In this document: in pieces, positions 49,576-64,000 of the stretch
Layout of the letters: each line of letters opens with the position of its first letter
How positions within the stretch are numbered: the first letter of the stretch is position 1
Position numbers and translations under genes: made by a program
Source: the human T2T-CHM13v2.0 reference genome, Homo sapiens
Assembly: GCF_009914755.1 (NCBI RefSeq)
Contig: NC_060939.1
Strand: one strand, 5' to 3'
Length of the DNA: 64,000 nt
The notes under the pieces: model-generated
Seen by the model: only the letters and a program-made list of their open reading frames with translations
The model's database searches: none
What the model was told of the DNA's origin: nothing

Positions 49576-49812
49576 TTTCTTTCTTTTTTATTTTTTATTT
49601 TTATTATACTTTAAGTTCTAGGGTACATGTGCACAATGTGCAGGTTCGTTACGTATGTATACTTGTGCCATGTTGGTGTGCTGCATCCATTAACTTGTCT
49701 TTTACATTGGGTATATCTCCTAATGCTTTCCCTCCCGACTCCCCCCATCCCCACCCCATGACAGGCCCCGGTGTATGATGTTCCCCTTCCTGTGACCAAG
49801 TGTTCTCACTGT

Positions 49813-53639
<3,827 letters not shown>

Positions 53640-53702
53640 TATGATGTTAGCTGGTTATTTTGCTCATTAGTTGATGCAGTTTCTTCCTACCATCGATGGT
53701 CT

Positions 53703-54716
53703 TTACAATTTGGCATGTTTTTGCAGTGGCTGGTATCAGTTTTTCCTTTCCATGTTTAGTGTGTCCTTCAGGAGCTCTTGTAGGGCAGGCCTGGTGGTGA
53801 CAAAATCTCTCAGCATTTGCTTGTCTGTAAAGGATTTTATTTCTCCTTCACTTATGAAGCTTAGTTTGGCTGGATATGAAATTCTGGGTTGAAAATTCTT
53901 TTCTTTAAGAATGTTGAATATTGGCCCCCACTCTCTTCTGGCTTGTAGAGTTTCTGCCGAGAGATCCGCTGTTAGTCTGATGGGTTTCCCTTTGTGGGTA
54001 ACCCGACTTTTCTCTCTGGCTTCCCTTAACATTTTTTCCTTCATTTCAACTTTGGTGAATCTGACAATTATGTGTCTTGGAGTTGCTCTTCTCGAGGAGT
54101 ATCTTTGTGGCATTCTCTGTATTTCCCGAATCTGAATGTTGGCCTGCCTTGCTAGGTTGGGGGAGTTCTGTATAATATCCTGCAGAGTGTTTTCCAACTT
54201 GGTTCCATTCTCCCTGTCACTTTCAGGTACACCAATCTGACGTAGATGTGGTCTTTTCACATAGTCCCATATTTCTTGGAGGCCTTGTTCATTTCTTTTT
54301 ACCCTTTTTTCTCTAAACTTCTCTTCCGACTTCATTTCATTCCTTTGATCTTCAGTCACTGATACTCTTTCTTCCAGTTGATCGAATCAGCTACTGAAGC
54401 TTGTGCATTCGTCACGTAGTTCTCATGCCATGGTTTTCAGCTCCATCAGGTCATTTAAGGACTTCTCTACACTGGTTATTCTAGTTAGCCATTCATCTAA
54501 TCTTTTTTCAAGGTTTTTAGCTTCTTTGCGATCGGTTTGAACTTTCTCCTTTAGCTCGGAGAAGTTTGATCGTCTGACGAGTTGAGAGAAGAAGGCTTCA
54601 AAGTCATTCTCTGTCCAGCTTTGTTCTTTTGCTGGCGAGGAGCTGCGTTCCTTTGGAGCAGGAGAAGTGCTCTGATTTTTAGAATTTTCAGCTTTTCTGC
54701 TCTGTTTTTTCCCCAT
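53703..54716 (-). pseudogene. L1 ORF1, interrupted
   Basis: MGKKQSRKAENSKNQS... stops at 54423; second piece 53736-54359 (RISYPAKLSF). Confidence 0.95.
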
Positions 54717-55923
54717 CTTTGTGGTTTTATCTACCTTTGGTCTTTGATGATGGTGACATACAGATGGGGTTTTGGTGTGGATGTCCTTTCTGTTTGTTAG
54801 TTTTCCTTCTAACAGTCAGGACCCTCAGTTGCAGGTCTGTTGGAGTTTGCTGGAGGTCCACTCCAGTCCCTGTTTGCCTGGGTATCAGCAGCAGAGGCTG
54901 CAGAACAGCGAATATTGCTGAACAGCAAATGTTCCTGCCTGATCATTCCTCTGGAAGCTTCGTCTCAGAGGGGTACCCGGCCGTGTGAGATGTCAGTCTG
55001 CCCCTACTGGGGGGTGCCTCCCAGTTAGGCTACTCGGGGGTCAGGGACTCACGTGAGGAGGCAGTCTGTCCATTCTCAGATCTCAAACTTCGTGCTGGGA
55101 GAACCACTACTCTCTTCAAAGTTGTCAGACAGGGACATTTAAGTCTGCAGTGGTTTCTGCTGCCTTTTGTTAGGCTACCCCCTGCCCCCAGAGGTAGAGT
55201 CTACAGAGGCAAGCAGGCCTCCTTGAGCTGCGGTGGGCACCATCCAGTTCGAGCTTCCCAGCTGCTTTGCTTACCTACTCAAGCCTCAGCAATGATGGGC
55301 GCCCCTCCCCCAGCCTCACTGCTGCCTTGCAGTTCAATCTGAAGACTGCTGTGCTAGCAATGAACGAAGCTCCTTGGGCATGGGACCCTCCGAGCCAGGC
55401 GCAGGATATAATCTCCTGGTGTGCCGTTTGCTAAGATCGTTGGAAAAGCGCATTATTAGGGTGGGAGTGACCCGATTTTCCAGGTGCCGTCTGTCACCCC
55501 TTCCCTTTGCCTCGCCCTGCTTTGCCTCACACTCAGTGGGCTGCACCCACTGTCCTGCCCCCACTGTCCAACGAGCCCCAGTGAGATGAACCTGGAAATG
55601 CAGAAATCAGTTGGAAATGCAGAAATCACCTGTCTTCTGTGTCGCTCATGCTGGGAGCTGTAGACTGGAGCTGTTCCTATTTAGCTATCTTGGAGACTCA
55701 TCAGAATTTCAGAGCTCAATGTCTCCAGCCTCATCAGTGTTTTCAGAGGTTTCCATTCCAATTTACAAGATCCCATTCTTTCCCAACTAATGCCCTCAAT
55801 TGATAGTAGGTCCCTTGCTAGACCAGGAGTTCAACTTTCATTGTAATTTAGCCAATTGTGTGATTTGGGCTTGTCTTTGGATTTTAGCAATTTTGGCCCT
55901 GTGGCTACAGGAGAGATTATTCT

Positions 55924-56699
55924 TGTAATAGAGCAACTTAGCTTCAAACTGCATTTTAAAACTTTTTTTTCTTTCCTCCTTTCTCTCCAGTCCCAAAATG
56001 TAGCTTTGAGACAAACTACAGATGTGTTTCACAGCCTCAGAATGTTTTTGTTCCTCCTTTCTTCCCAGTCTCAAGATGTGGCTTTGAGAAAAACTAGAAA
56101 TACGTCTTCTTTCGTCTTGACATACAGTCTCAGAATGTGCTGTGAGCCTCCCCTCCCTTTCCCTTTCTTGGCTTATGCTCCCAAGCCTTATGCACATTTA
56201 TTCACCTAGATGCTCGTTAAGCACATACCATGCTCTCTCATCTGATATTTTTTTTAGGAGCTTCAGAGGCTGCGTCCTGATACAGACCAGACATCTCCGG
56301 AATTCCCTTTCTGACAAAAGATTACTTCAAGGCCAGAACCCACTCCTGGCTAAACATTAACTATAAGAGTGACTGCCATTGATTTGTAACTTGGTTGAGC
56401 CCACCATGGTGCTGGCCCCTTTGCTAGATGGAACAATAATTCAAGACAAGTCACTGGAGTGGGTTACATCACCTGACACCTCTTAGTTCCTTGTTTCTCA
56501 TGCATTCCAAACCCCTCTCTCTAAAAAACTCCATATTCCCTCCACAAATTGAAAAGTGGAAAATTTTGGAAAGAATTCCACCCACTCTTCCCTTTGCTAG
56601 CACATATATAAAGCCCACTCTCTTTCTGTCACAGCTTGCTCTTGTTGTTTTGGCTTTTTTCTGTAAGTGGTGAGCAGCTGGACCCTTTTGCTGATTACA
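55924..56699 (+). mobile_element. ERV1 solo LTR (MER66-like, tentative) with an internal ~80-bp tandem duplication
   Basis: tgtaatagagcaacttagcttcaaactgcattttaaaac...gattaca; ttcctcctttct...ctttgaga repeated at ~55973 and ~56051. Confidence 0.6.
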
Positions 56700-58119
56700 T
56701 TTTCACTTAGAGCACACTTAGAACCTCTAAGCCTACTTATGTCAAGATGGATCTCAAAATTTGTTTTTTCTCCATCACTTTGCCTAGCAACATTAGAAAC
56801 AACCAACTAACATAATTGTATTCCTTGGTTTTCCAAGTCTGATATGACCCTCACCATAAGTGTAGCATTATCAAAGGTCCTAATTAACAGATGATGATAA
56901 TGGAGGAATACTCGTGGACAAGATGAGTTAAAAAGTGATTCAGAAGAGTTTGGCCTGACTGAGAGAAATTTTGGAATACTTTCATTCATGTATTTTGCTT
57001 TTATATTCCATCACATATGATCATAGGAGTGTTTTAAGACAAATAGCCACATTTATAAAAGTTCAAAAGTTATTTTCAATAATTATGAGATAATTATGCT
57101 GGCAGATGGAGCCGTCAGAGGGAGCCGTAGCCAGGTTGGCCTTGGTGAGTGAAAGTCCCTGTTGGTGTGAACACGCATAATCTTCATCTCTGGCACTGTG
57201 GTCACTTTACTCATTGGCTACTTGTGCAATTATAAGTGATAAATGATAATTATAAGTGATAAGTGCTATAGTTTTTCACTGGTTTTATGCTTGTGACATA
57301 AAATAATGAAGTATTTATACGTGATGCACATGATACTTCCTGCAAGTACTTGGAAAAAGCAGTCACTATTAGCAAATGCTGATGTAATGTGTACTACTGA
57401 ACAATGATTAGACTACACATTTTATGTATATTAGTTCACTCAATTCTCACATCATCTCAAGAGGCAGACAGACACTATTAACTCTCTCAAGTTCTAGTTC
57501 TGAATCTGAACCAAAATTCTATAGGAAGAGGAACAATAGAAGAGATTCTGAAGAATGAGAAGTGAGGCAAGCAAACAGGAAAAAGGAAAGAGAAGAGAAA
57601 AAAGTGTGTCTGTAGCACAGGCTAGGGTGTGAGAAGAGGGCAGTGGTATTAGCAGACTGCTGGGTTCAGTGAAATGTAAGGATTGCAGGAACAGGAAGGG
57701 CAGACCATGGAGGGACTGAGCCAGTGAGAGAGGGCAGCTCAGGCAGTGATGTAGCAGCAACTCAGAGAGGAATACATTCTGTGTAGAGGAACTTTAAATG
57801 TCTAGATCTAGTTTCTTGAAATGTTACTTTAGCCCATGTGGTCTGCCCATCAGGAAGACAGAACAATTGAGGATGGTCGCTGCCCTCTGGGGATAGACAT
57901 GAGCACTATCAGGAGGCTTTGAGTGTGGGGAGGACAAGGATGAAGACAGGCAGAGAGGACCCTAGGCAGGCTGACTGACAGTATCATGGACTTGGATGTT
58001 CCTGTTCACTTCTCTTTCTCCATTACTCCAATTCCCCACTTTACCCCACCTGCAGGTTCCTGTCCTGTGTAGAACACCATTGACATAAATGACTCCATCT
58101 TAGAAAAAATACTCCATCT

Positions 58120-60345
58120 GGCAGCTTTGCATTTCTCTTTGAAGAAAATCCCAGAGACAGCCCACAACCCTTCTGCCATTGCAGCTGCAGTGGTACTGCC
58201 CTAACTGCCCTCAGGCAGAGAAAGGAACAAATGGCCTAAGCACTACACTGGCATCTCCAGCACACTGTAGCCACCATATGGAGAGGAGCCCAATTTCTCT
58301 TCCCTGCGAGTTCCCACCCCCAACTCTTCAACAGTCAAGGCCCTGGCTCAGGACCACAGAGCAGCTTCCCCACCCATTGTTGAGCATACCCACTAGTAGT
58401 GGCTCTGTGTTTCCCTGGGGAAGTACTCCCAGTGGCAACTGACAGCCCCCGTGCCAGTGCCACAGCAATGGCTCAGCCCTTGCTTTCCTCAGTCTGGGGA
58501 AGAAACAAAGAGCCTGAGGGTTTCACCTGAGTTTCCAGTACACTGCTGATGATCAGTAAGAAATTATCTGCAGGTACAAAACTTAATGGTAATAGTAAGC
58601 TCACAGAAAAACACAGAATAGTGTAACACTGTAATTTTGGTGTGTAAATTATTCATAAGTAGAAAGACCAAATGATTAACCAATCAAAATAAAAACTTTG
58701 GCAATTTTTCAAGACATAGACTGCATGTGTAAGACATAAAGAAAAATAACAAAAGTTAAAAAGTGTAGTATGAAGTTAAAATGTAGAGTTTTTATTAGTT
58801 TCCTTTTTGCTTGTTAGGTTGTTTCTGCAATCACTGCTATCAGTTTAAAAACAATGGGTCATAAGATAGTATTTGCAAGCCTCATGGTAACCTCAAATTG
58901 AGAAAAACATATGATGGATATATACACAAAAAAGCAAGAAATTAAAGCGTACCACCAGAGAAAATCACCTTCACTAAAAGGAAGACAGGAAGGAAGGAAA
59001 AGAAGGAAGAGAAGAACACAAAACAACCAGACAACAAATAGCAAAATGGCAAGAGTAAGTCTTTACTTGTCAATAACGTTGAATGTAGATTGACTAAACT
59101 CTCCAGTGAAAAGACAAAGAGTGGCTTAATGGATAAAAAAAAAGGAAGACCCAGTGATCTGTTGCATACAAGAAACACACTTCACCTATAAACTGAAAAT
59201 GAAGGGATGGAAAAAAGTTATTCCAATGGAAACCAAGGAAGAGCAGGAGTAACTTAGGGTAATCAGACAAATAGATTTCAAGAAAAAAAAACTATGGGAA
59301 GAGACAAACAAGGACATTACATAATAATAAAGGGGCCACTTCAGCAAGAGGATATGACAATTGTAAAAATATACCTATCTATATCTATATATATAGATAC
59401 ATATGTCTATATATATAGATATATATGTCTATTATATAGATATATATGTCTATATAGAGATATATGTCTATATATAGATATTTGTGTCTATTATATAGAT
59501 ATATATGTCTATTATATAGATATATATGTCTAAATATAGATATATAGATAATATAAATATAGCTATATCTCCAGCTTTGGAGCACACAGATGTATAAAGC
59601 AAATATTATTAGAGCTAAAGAGAGAGACAGATCCCAATATAATAATAGCTAGAGGCTTTGATACCCTACTTTTAGTATTAGGCAGATCTTCCAGACATAA
59701 AATCAACAAAGAAATATTAGACTTAATCTGTACCATAAAACAAATGAACTCACTAGATATTTGCAGAACATTTTATTCAATGGCTACAGAATACACATTC
59801 TTCTCCTCAGTATAGACAGACCATATGTTCACAATACAAGTCTTAAAATATTCAAATAAATGAAGTAATATCAAGCATCTTCTCTGAACACAATGAAATA
59901 AAACTTGAAATCAAAAACATAAGGAATTTTGGAAACTATACAAACATATGGAAATTAAACTACATGCTCCTGAACAACCAGTGAGTCAATGAAGAAATGA
60001 AGAAGGAAATTGAAAAATTTCTTGAAACAAGTGATAATCAAAACACAACATACCAAAACTTACAGGATACAGAAAACGTGGTACTAAAAGAGAAATTTAT
60101 AGATATAACTACCTGCATCAAAAAAGAAGAAATAAATAACCTGACCAAAAAAATATAACTAGATTGTTTGTAACACAAAAGATAAATGCTTAAGGGAATG
60201 GATAGCCTATTTACCATGATGTGATTATTATATATTGCATGCCAATATCAAAGTATCTCACATACCTCATGAGTATATGCACCTACTATGTAGCCACAAA
60301 AATTAAAAACTAAAAACAAAATTTAAAAACCCCCAAAAACAAAAG
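58120..60345 (+). mobile_element. Internally deleted old L1 (L1MA/L1PB-like): 5'UTR piece, ORF1 end/EN, 3' end
   Basis: caagaaacacacttcacc, cagcaagaggatatgacaattgtaaa (EN); 3' tail cacctactatgtagccacaaaaattaaaaa. Confidence 0.8.
59372..59568. repeat. TA-rich minisatellite (~20-23-bp unit tatagatatatatgtcta[t]) in L1 EN
   Basis: About 8 imperfect tandem units directly visible. Confidence 0.9.
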
Positions 60346-60750
60346 GCCATTCCACCAATCAGTCAAGTCAGGTGCATCAAGATTATGAGTAGCATGGTAA
60401 GGCCAGTGAATTCCATGAGCAAAAGTCCATTGTCACACTTGTTTGAGTTTGAAGTAAGTTCCTTAGTCAGAAGGAATGCTGTGTGGAATACTACGACAGT
60501 GGATAAGGCATTCTGTAAGTCCAAGGATGACATTTTTGGAAGAAACTTTGCATACAGGGAACATAAATCTATGTCCAGGGTAAGTGTCTGTTTCAGTAAG
60601 AACAAAACTCTGTCCCTTCCATGATGGAATCAGTCCAATGTAATCAACCTACCCTCAGGTGTCTAACTGATCACCTCAGAGAATGGTGTCATATTGTGGG
60701 CTCAGTGTTGTTCTCTGCTACAGCCAGATTGGGCATTCAGAGGTGGCTAT
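60346..60750 (-). mobile_element. Separate HERV-L integrase fragment
   Basis: Similar to 47140-47530 (tgtgtggaatac, agaaatggtgtcatat). Confidence 0.8.
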
Positions 60751-61071
60751 ACAAATAAATTATATATCAGTTTTATTTTGTGTTGTTTTAATGATTTTCC
60801 ATTTGTTTATTCTAACAGATAACAGTTTCTTGAACAAAGGGAGGGAGAAAGAAATTAGGATTTTTTTTTATTGTATTCACACTACCTGTGAAGCAGTATG
60901 ATCTTTTCAGGAACGGAGCTTAGACCAATTTTAGATGTAGTTTTGCAAGCTATATGGAATTCTATTGCATAGAAAGCCCCAATTTCTTGCTGGCTACTGA
61001 CAATAGGCTGACTAAATTCCTTCCCGAGTGAGCTTCTTGCAAGTGGAAGAATTCTTCATAAAATCCATCAA

Positions 61072-61363
61072 GGCTGGGCACGGTTGCTCACGCCTGTAAT
61101 CCTAGCACTTTGGGAAGCCGAGGCGGTTGGATCACCTGAGATCAGGAGTTCGAGACCAGCCTGGCCAACATGGCAAAACCCCATCTCTGCTAAAAACAAA
61201 AATTAGCCAGGCATGGTGCCAGGCGCCTATAATCCCAGCTACTCAGGAGGCTGAGGCAGAAGAATCACTTGAACCCAGGAGGCAGAGGGTGCAGTGAGCT
61301 GAGATCGCACCACTTCACTCTAGCCTGGGTGAAAGAGCAAAACTCCGTCTCAAAACAACAACA
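61072..61363 (+). mobile_element. AluSx-like within an old MLT1-like fragment
   Basis: TSD aaaatccatcaa. Confidence 0.93.
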
Positions 61364-61604
61364 AAAATCCATCAAGGGAGAGTCAGCCAGCAGGACAGAA
61401 ATTATAATCTAATGTAACATAATCATTCAAGTAACATACCATCACCATTGCAAATTTTCCAGGCAGAAAATCAATAAATTGATTTTCACAGCAGGCAAGT
61501 CACGTTTTCTGACCACACACACAGACAGTGAATTACAGTTCAAGGTTATGTATACTTACAGGTGAGGACCACTGGGAAAAATTTTAGCATCTGCACATCA
61601 CATT

Positions 61605-64000
61605 AGGTCTTCTCCATTCTGCAAGAGTTTCTTACTTATTTTTCATGACCTTTGCTCTTCTGAAATGTACTGGTCAGGCATTTTGTAGAATGACCCACAA
61701 TATAAATTCGTCTGATAATTTCTTATGATTAGACTAGTGATGCGTAGTAAATTAAACACATTCATCTAAGTTTAAAGTCAAGAAAAACTAAACAATATAG
61801 TCTTTCAAATTACGAAGAGATAAAAATAATAAAGAAAATTAGGTAATGCCAAAGACTGAATTCACAATAATAGTTACATTCAGTGGTTAAAGATGATGAA
61901 ATTAAGGAGATACATTAAAGGGACATCAGCAATATTACTGATGTGATGATTTTTAAGCTAAACATTAAAGCAGAGAAACTTTTAAATTTGATAATATTTT
62001 TAGGTTTACAGAACAATTGCAAATATAGTAAAAGAGACTTTTCTTATGCTCAATGAAGTTTCCTTTTATTATTAAACTCTTAGATTTGTGCAGGACAGTA
62101 TTCACAATTAAACTAAAAATACAGTATATAATCTTTAACTACAATTTACAATTTATTCAGATGTTCTCAATTTTCACTTAATATCCAGTTTCTGTTCCAG
62201 GATTCTATCCAGGGTACCATATCACATTTAGTATCTGTCTCCTTAGATACAGAGATGGTGACAGTTTCTCACCATTTCCTTGTTTGTGATGACATTGACA
62301 TTCCTACTTTGGAATTTCTCTGATGTTTCTCTGATCAATGCCCTGAATTTGTGAATCATCTCTGATGATTGCAGAATCACAGAGGTAGTGCCCTTCTCCC
62401 ACATTATATCAAAGGCAACATGCTATCTACATGCTATATCGTGGTTTATGTTAATTTAATCACCTGGATGAGTAGTTTTTTATCAAATTTCTCTAAAAAC
62501 ACCTTTTTTTCCCTTTCCATACTTAATGTTTAAAAAAGTGACTATATGCAACACACACTTAAGAAGTGGGGGATCATGCTCCACTCCTTATGAGCAGTGT
62601 GTCTACAAAAGTTATTTAGAACCCTCACCATAAGCATGTGTCTATTCTTCTTTGCTTATTAAATATTCAATAATTTATTCATATTAATATGAAAACCTGG
62701 ATTTTTTTTAATTTTACCTATGCTAATGCATTTGTTTTATTGCTCTCATTGTTCAATGATGGCCATTGGAATGTCTTTCAGTTAGATTCTCTCATTTTGA
62801 AATACCCTCATGATTAGCGTTTAATTTACTGTTGGTTACTTGGATATTTGTGTTGTGGTTTGACATTTTCTTTAGTTCTGGCACTACTAGATGCTCCAGG
62901 CTCATTGTGTTTTATTCCCCACCCAAGCCTAGTATTCACTTTTTTTCATGAAACTCTAGTTTCTTTGAGTGGAAAATGAAATCACAAACTAAGATCTCGA
63001 CACCGGGTATACTCATTGCTCCTGACATTCTTCTCTTTCTTCTTGCAGTTTTATCAATTTCTGCCTCCTATAGTTTACACTGTGTTATTAGGTGCATATG
63101 CTATAAACATTGTTATATCTTGTTGATTTAAGGCCCTGTCAGCTGACAAAGGAAAGAAATATATCTGTGTTTACTCATAAATATACACGTTTGCATAAAT
63201 ATTTCAGCACATCTATACATATCTATATGAAATTAAACATATGTTTATATTGCTTCCAGCACCACATGATCTAATTCATTACCTTATCAATCAATCTACC
63301 TATTCATTTATTTGTATGTAGTCTGAAACTCTAACAGTGACCAAGTTGATTCTGTTAACTTAATCATACCATCTTTTTGTTCCCAAAGAACCTTAGTTGA
63401 ATTTTTGGTGAACGATATTAGAAACAAAGTTTGGGGCAGTGGGTATACTCCTTACTGCTAGGAATGGATTGATTCTATGATATGTCATCTGAGAGAACAA
63501 AGAAATGTATATGTGTATATAGTAACTCTCTCTCACATACACATATATGTGTGTGTGTGTATAATATATATGTATATATGATATTATTTCTAATACCATT
63601 CACCAAAAATACCACTAAGATTCCAAAAAGATGGTATGATTAAGTTAACAGAACCAATTTGGTCACCATTAGAGTTTTAGGCTACACACAAGTGAATGAA
63701 TAGATAGGTTGATTCATAGGGTACTGAATATATACATGTATTTCTACATTTGTCCATATATATCTGGCTAGAATTAAGCATGAATTTCTACAAATGTCTT
63801 CAGCACTACTTGAATATAATCTAGTAAACATTAATCTTTCCACCAATTCCCACTACTTGCTATGTAACCTCTCACTCTAACAGTGAGACAGTTGGCCAAC
63901 TTTATGTAATCAGTGAGTCCCAAAATACATGCAATGTGGTTTCAGAATTGGTAATTCACACCCTCATGGGAAAGAACATTACCAACTAGAGTACTTATGT
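61605..64000 (-). mobile_element. Ancient L1MB/L1MC 3'-end fragments, locally rearranged
   Basis: tactggtcaggcattttgtagaatg; ctgttccaggattctatccagggtaccat; ggcactactagatgctccaggctcat. Confidence 0.6.
63274..63730. repeat. Inverted repeat, arms ~63274-63424 and ~63587-63730
   Basis: ttctgttaacttaatcataccatctttttg is the exact reverse complement of caaaaagatggtatgattaagttaacagaa; similarity extends ~150 bp. Confidence 0.92.

Noticed and set aside
57494-57760. Hydrophobic 88-aa minus-strand ORF in unique DNA
   Set aside because: Frame is not conserved in the paralogue (stop after ATGGTCTGCCCTTCCTGCTCC region differs) and spans a deletion junction; no recognisable family.

Overview
Human (AluYb8-containing) repeat-dense genomic DNA with no recognisable host protein-coding gene, RNA gene or CRISPR array. 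Nearly all of the window is nested Alu, L1, MaLR (MST/THE1/MLT1), HERV-L/MLT2, ERV1 LTRs and two further degraded class III (ERV-L/HERV-S-like) proviruses; most ORFs in the track fall inside these elements. The organising feature is an old direct tandem duplication (copy 1 ~857-24210, copy 2 ~36670-58119, roughly 75-85% identical by eye). Each copy later gained its own insertions and deletions, leaving a readable stratigraphy: empty versus filled sites, and a HERV-L target-site duplication split between the copies. Other notable items are an A-rich class III provirus with a Ser-type PBS, a full-length but disrupted L1PA4-6 with an in-frame micro-inversion, a young AluYb8, a ~150-bp-arm inverted duplication, and several repair-scar insertions. 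I see no support for a novel functional gene system. Subfamily names are from memory of consensus sequences, were not checked against any database, and boundaries without a stated TSD are approximate.
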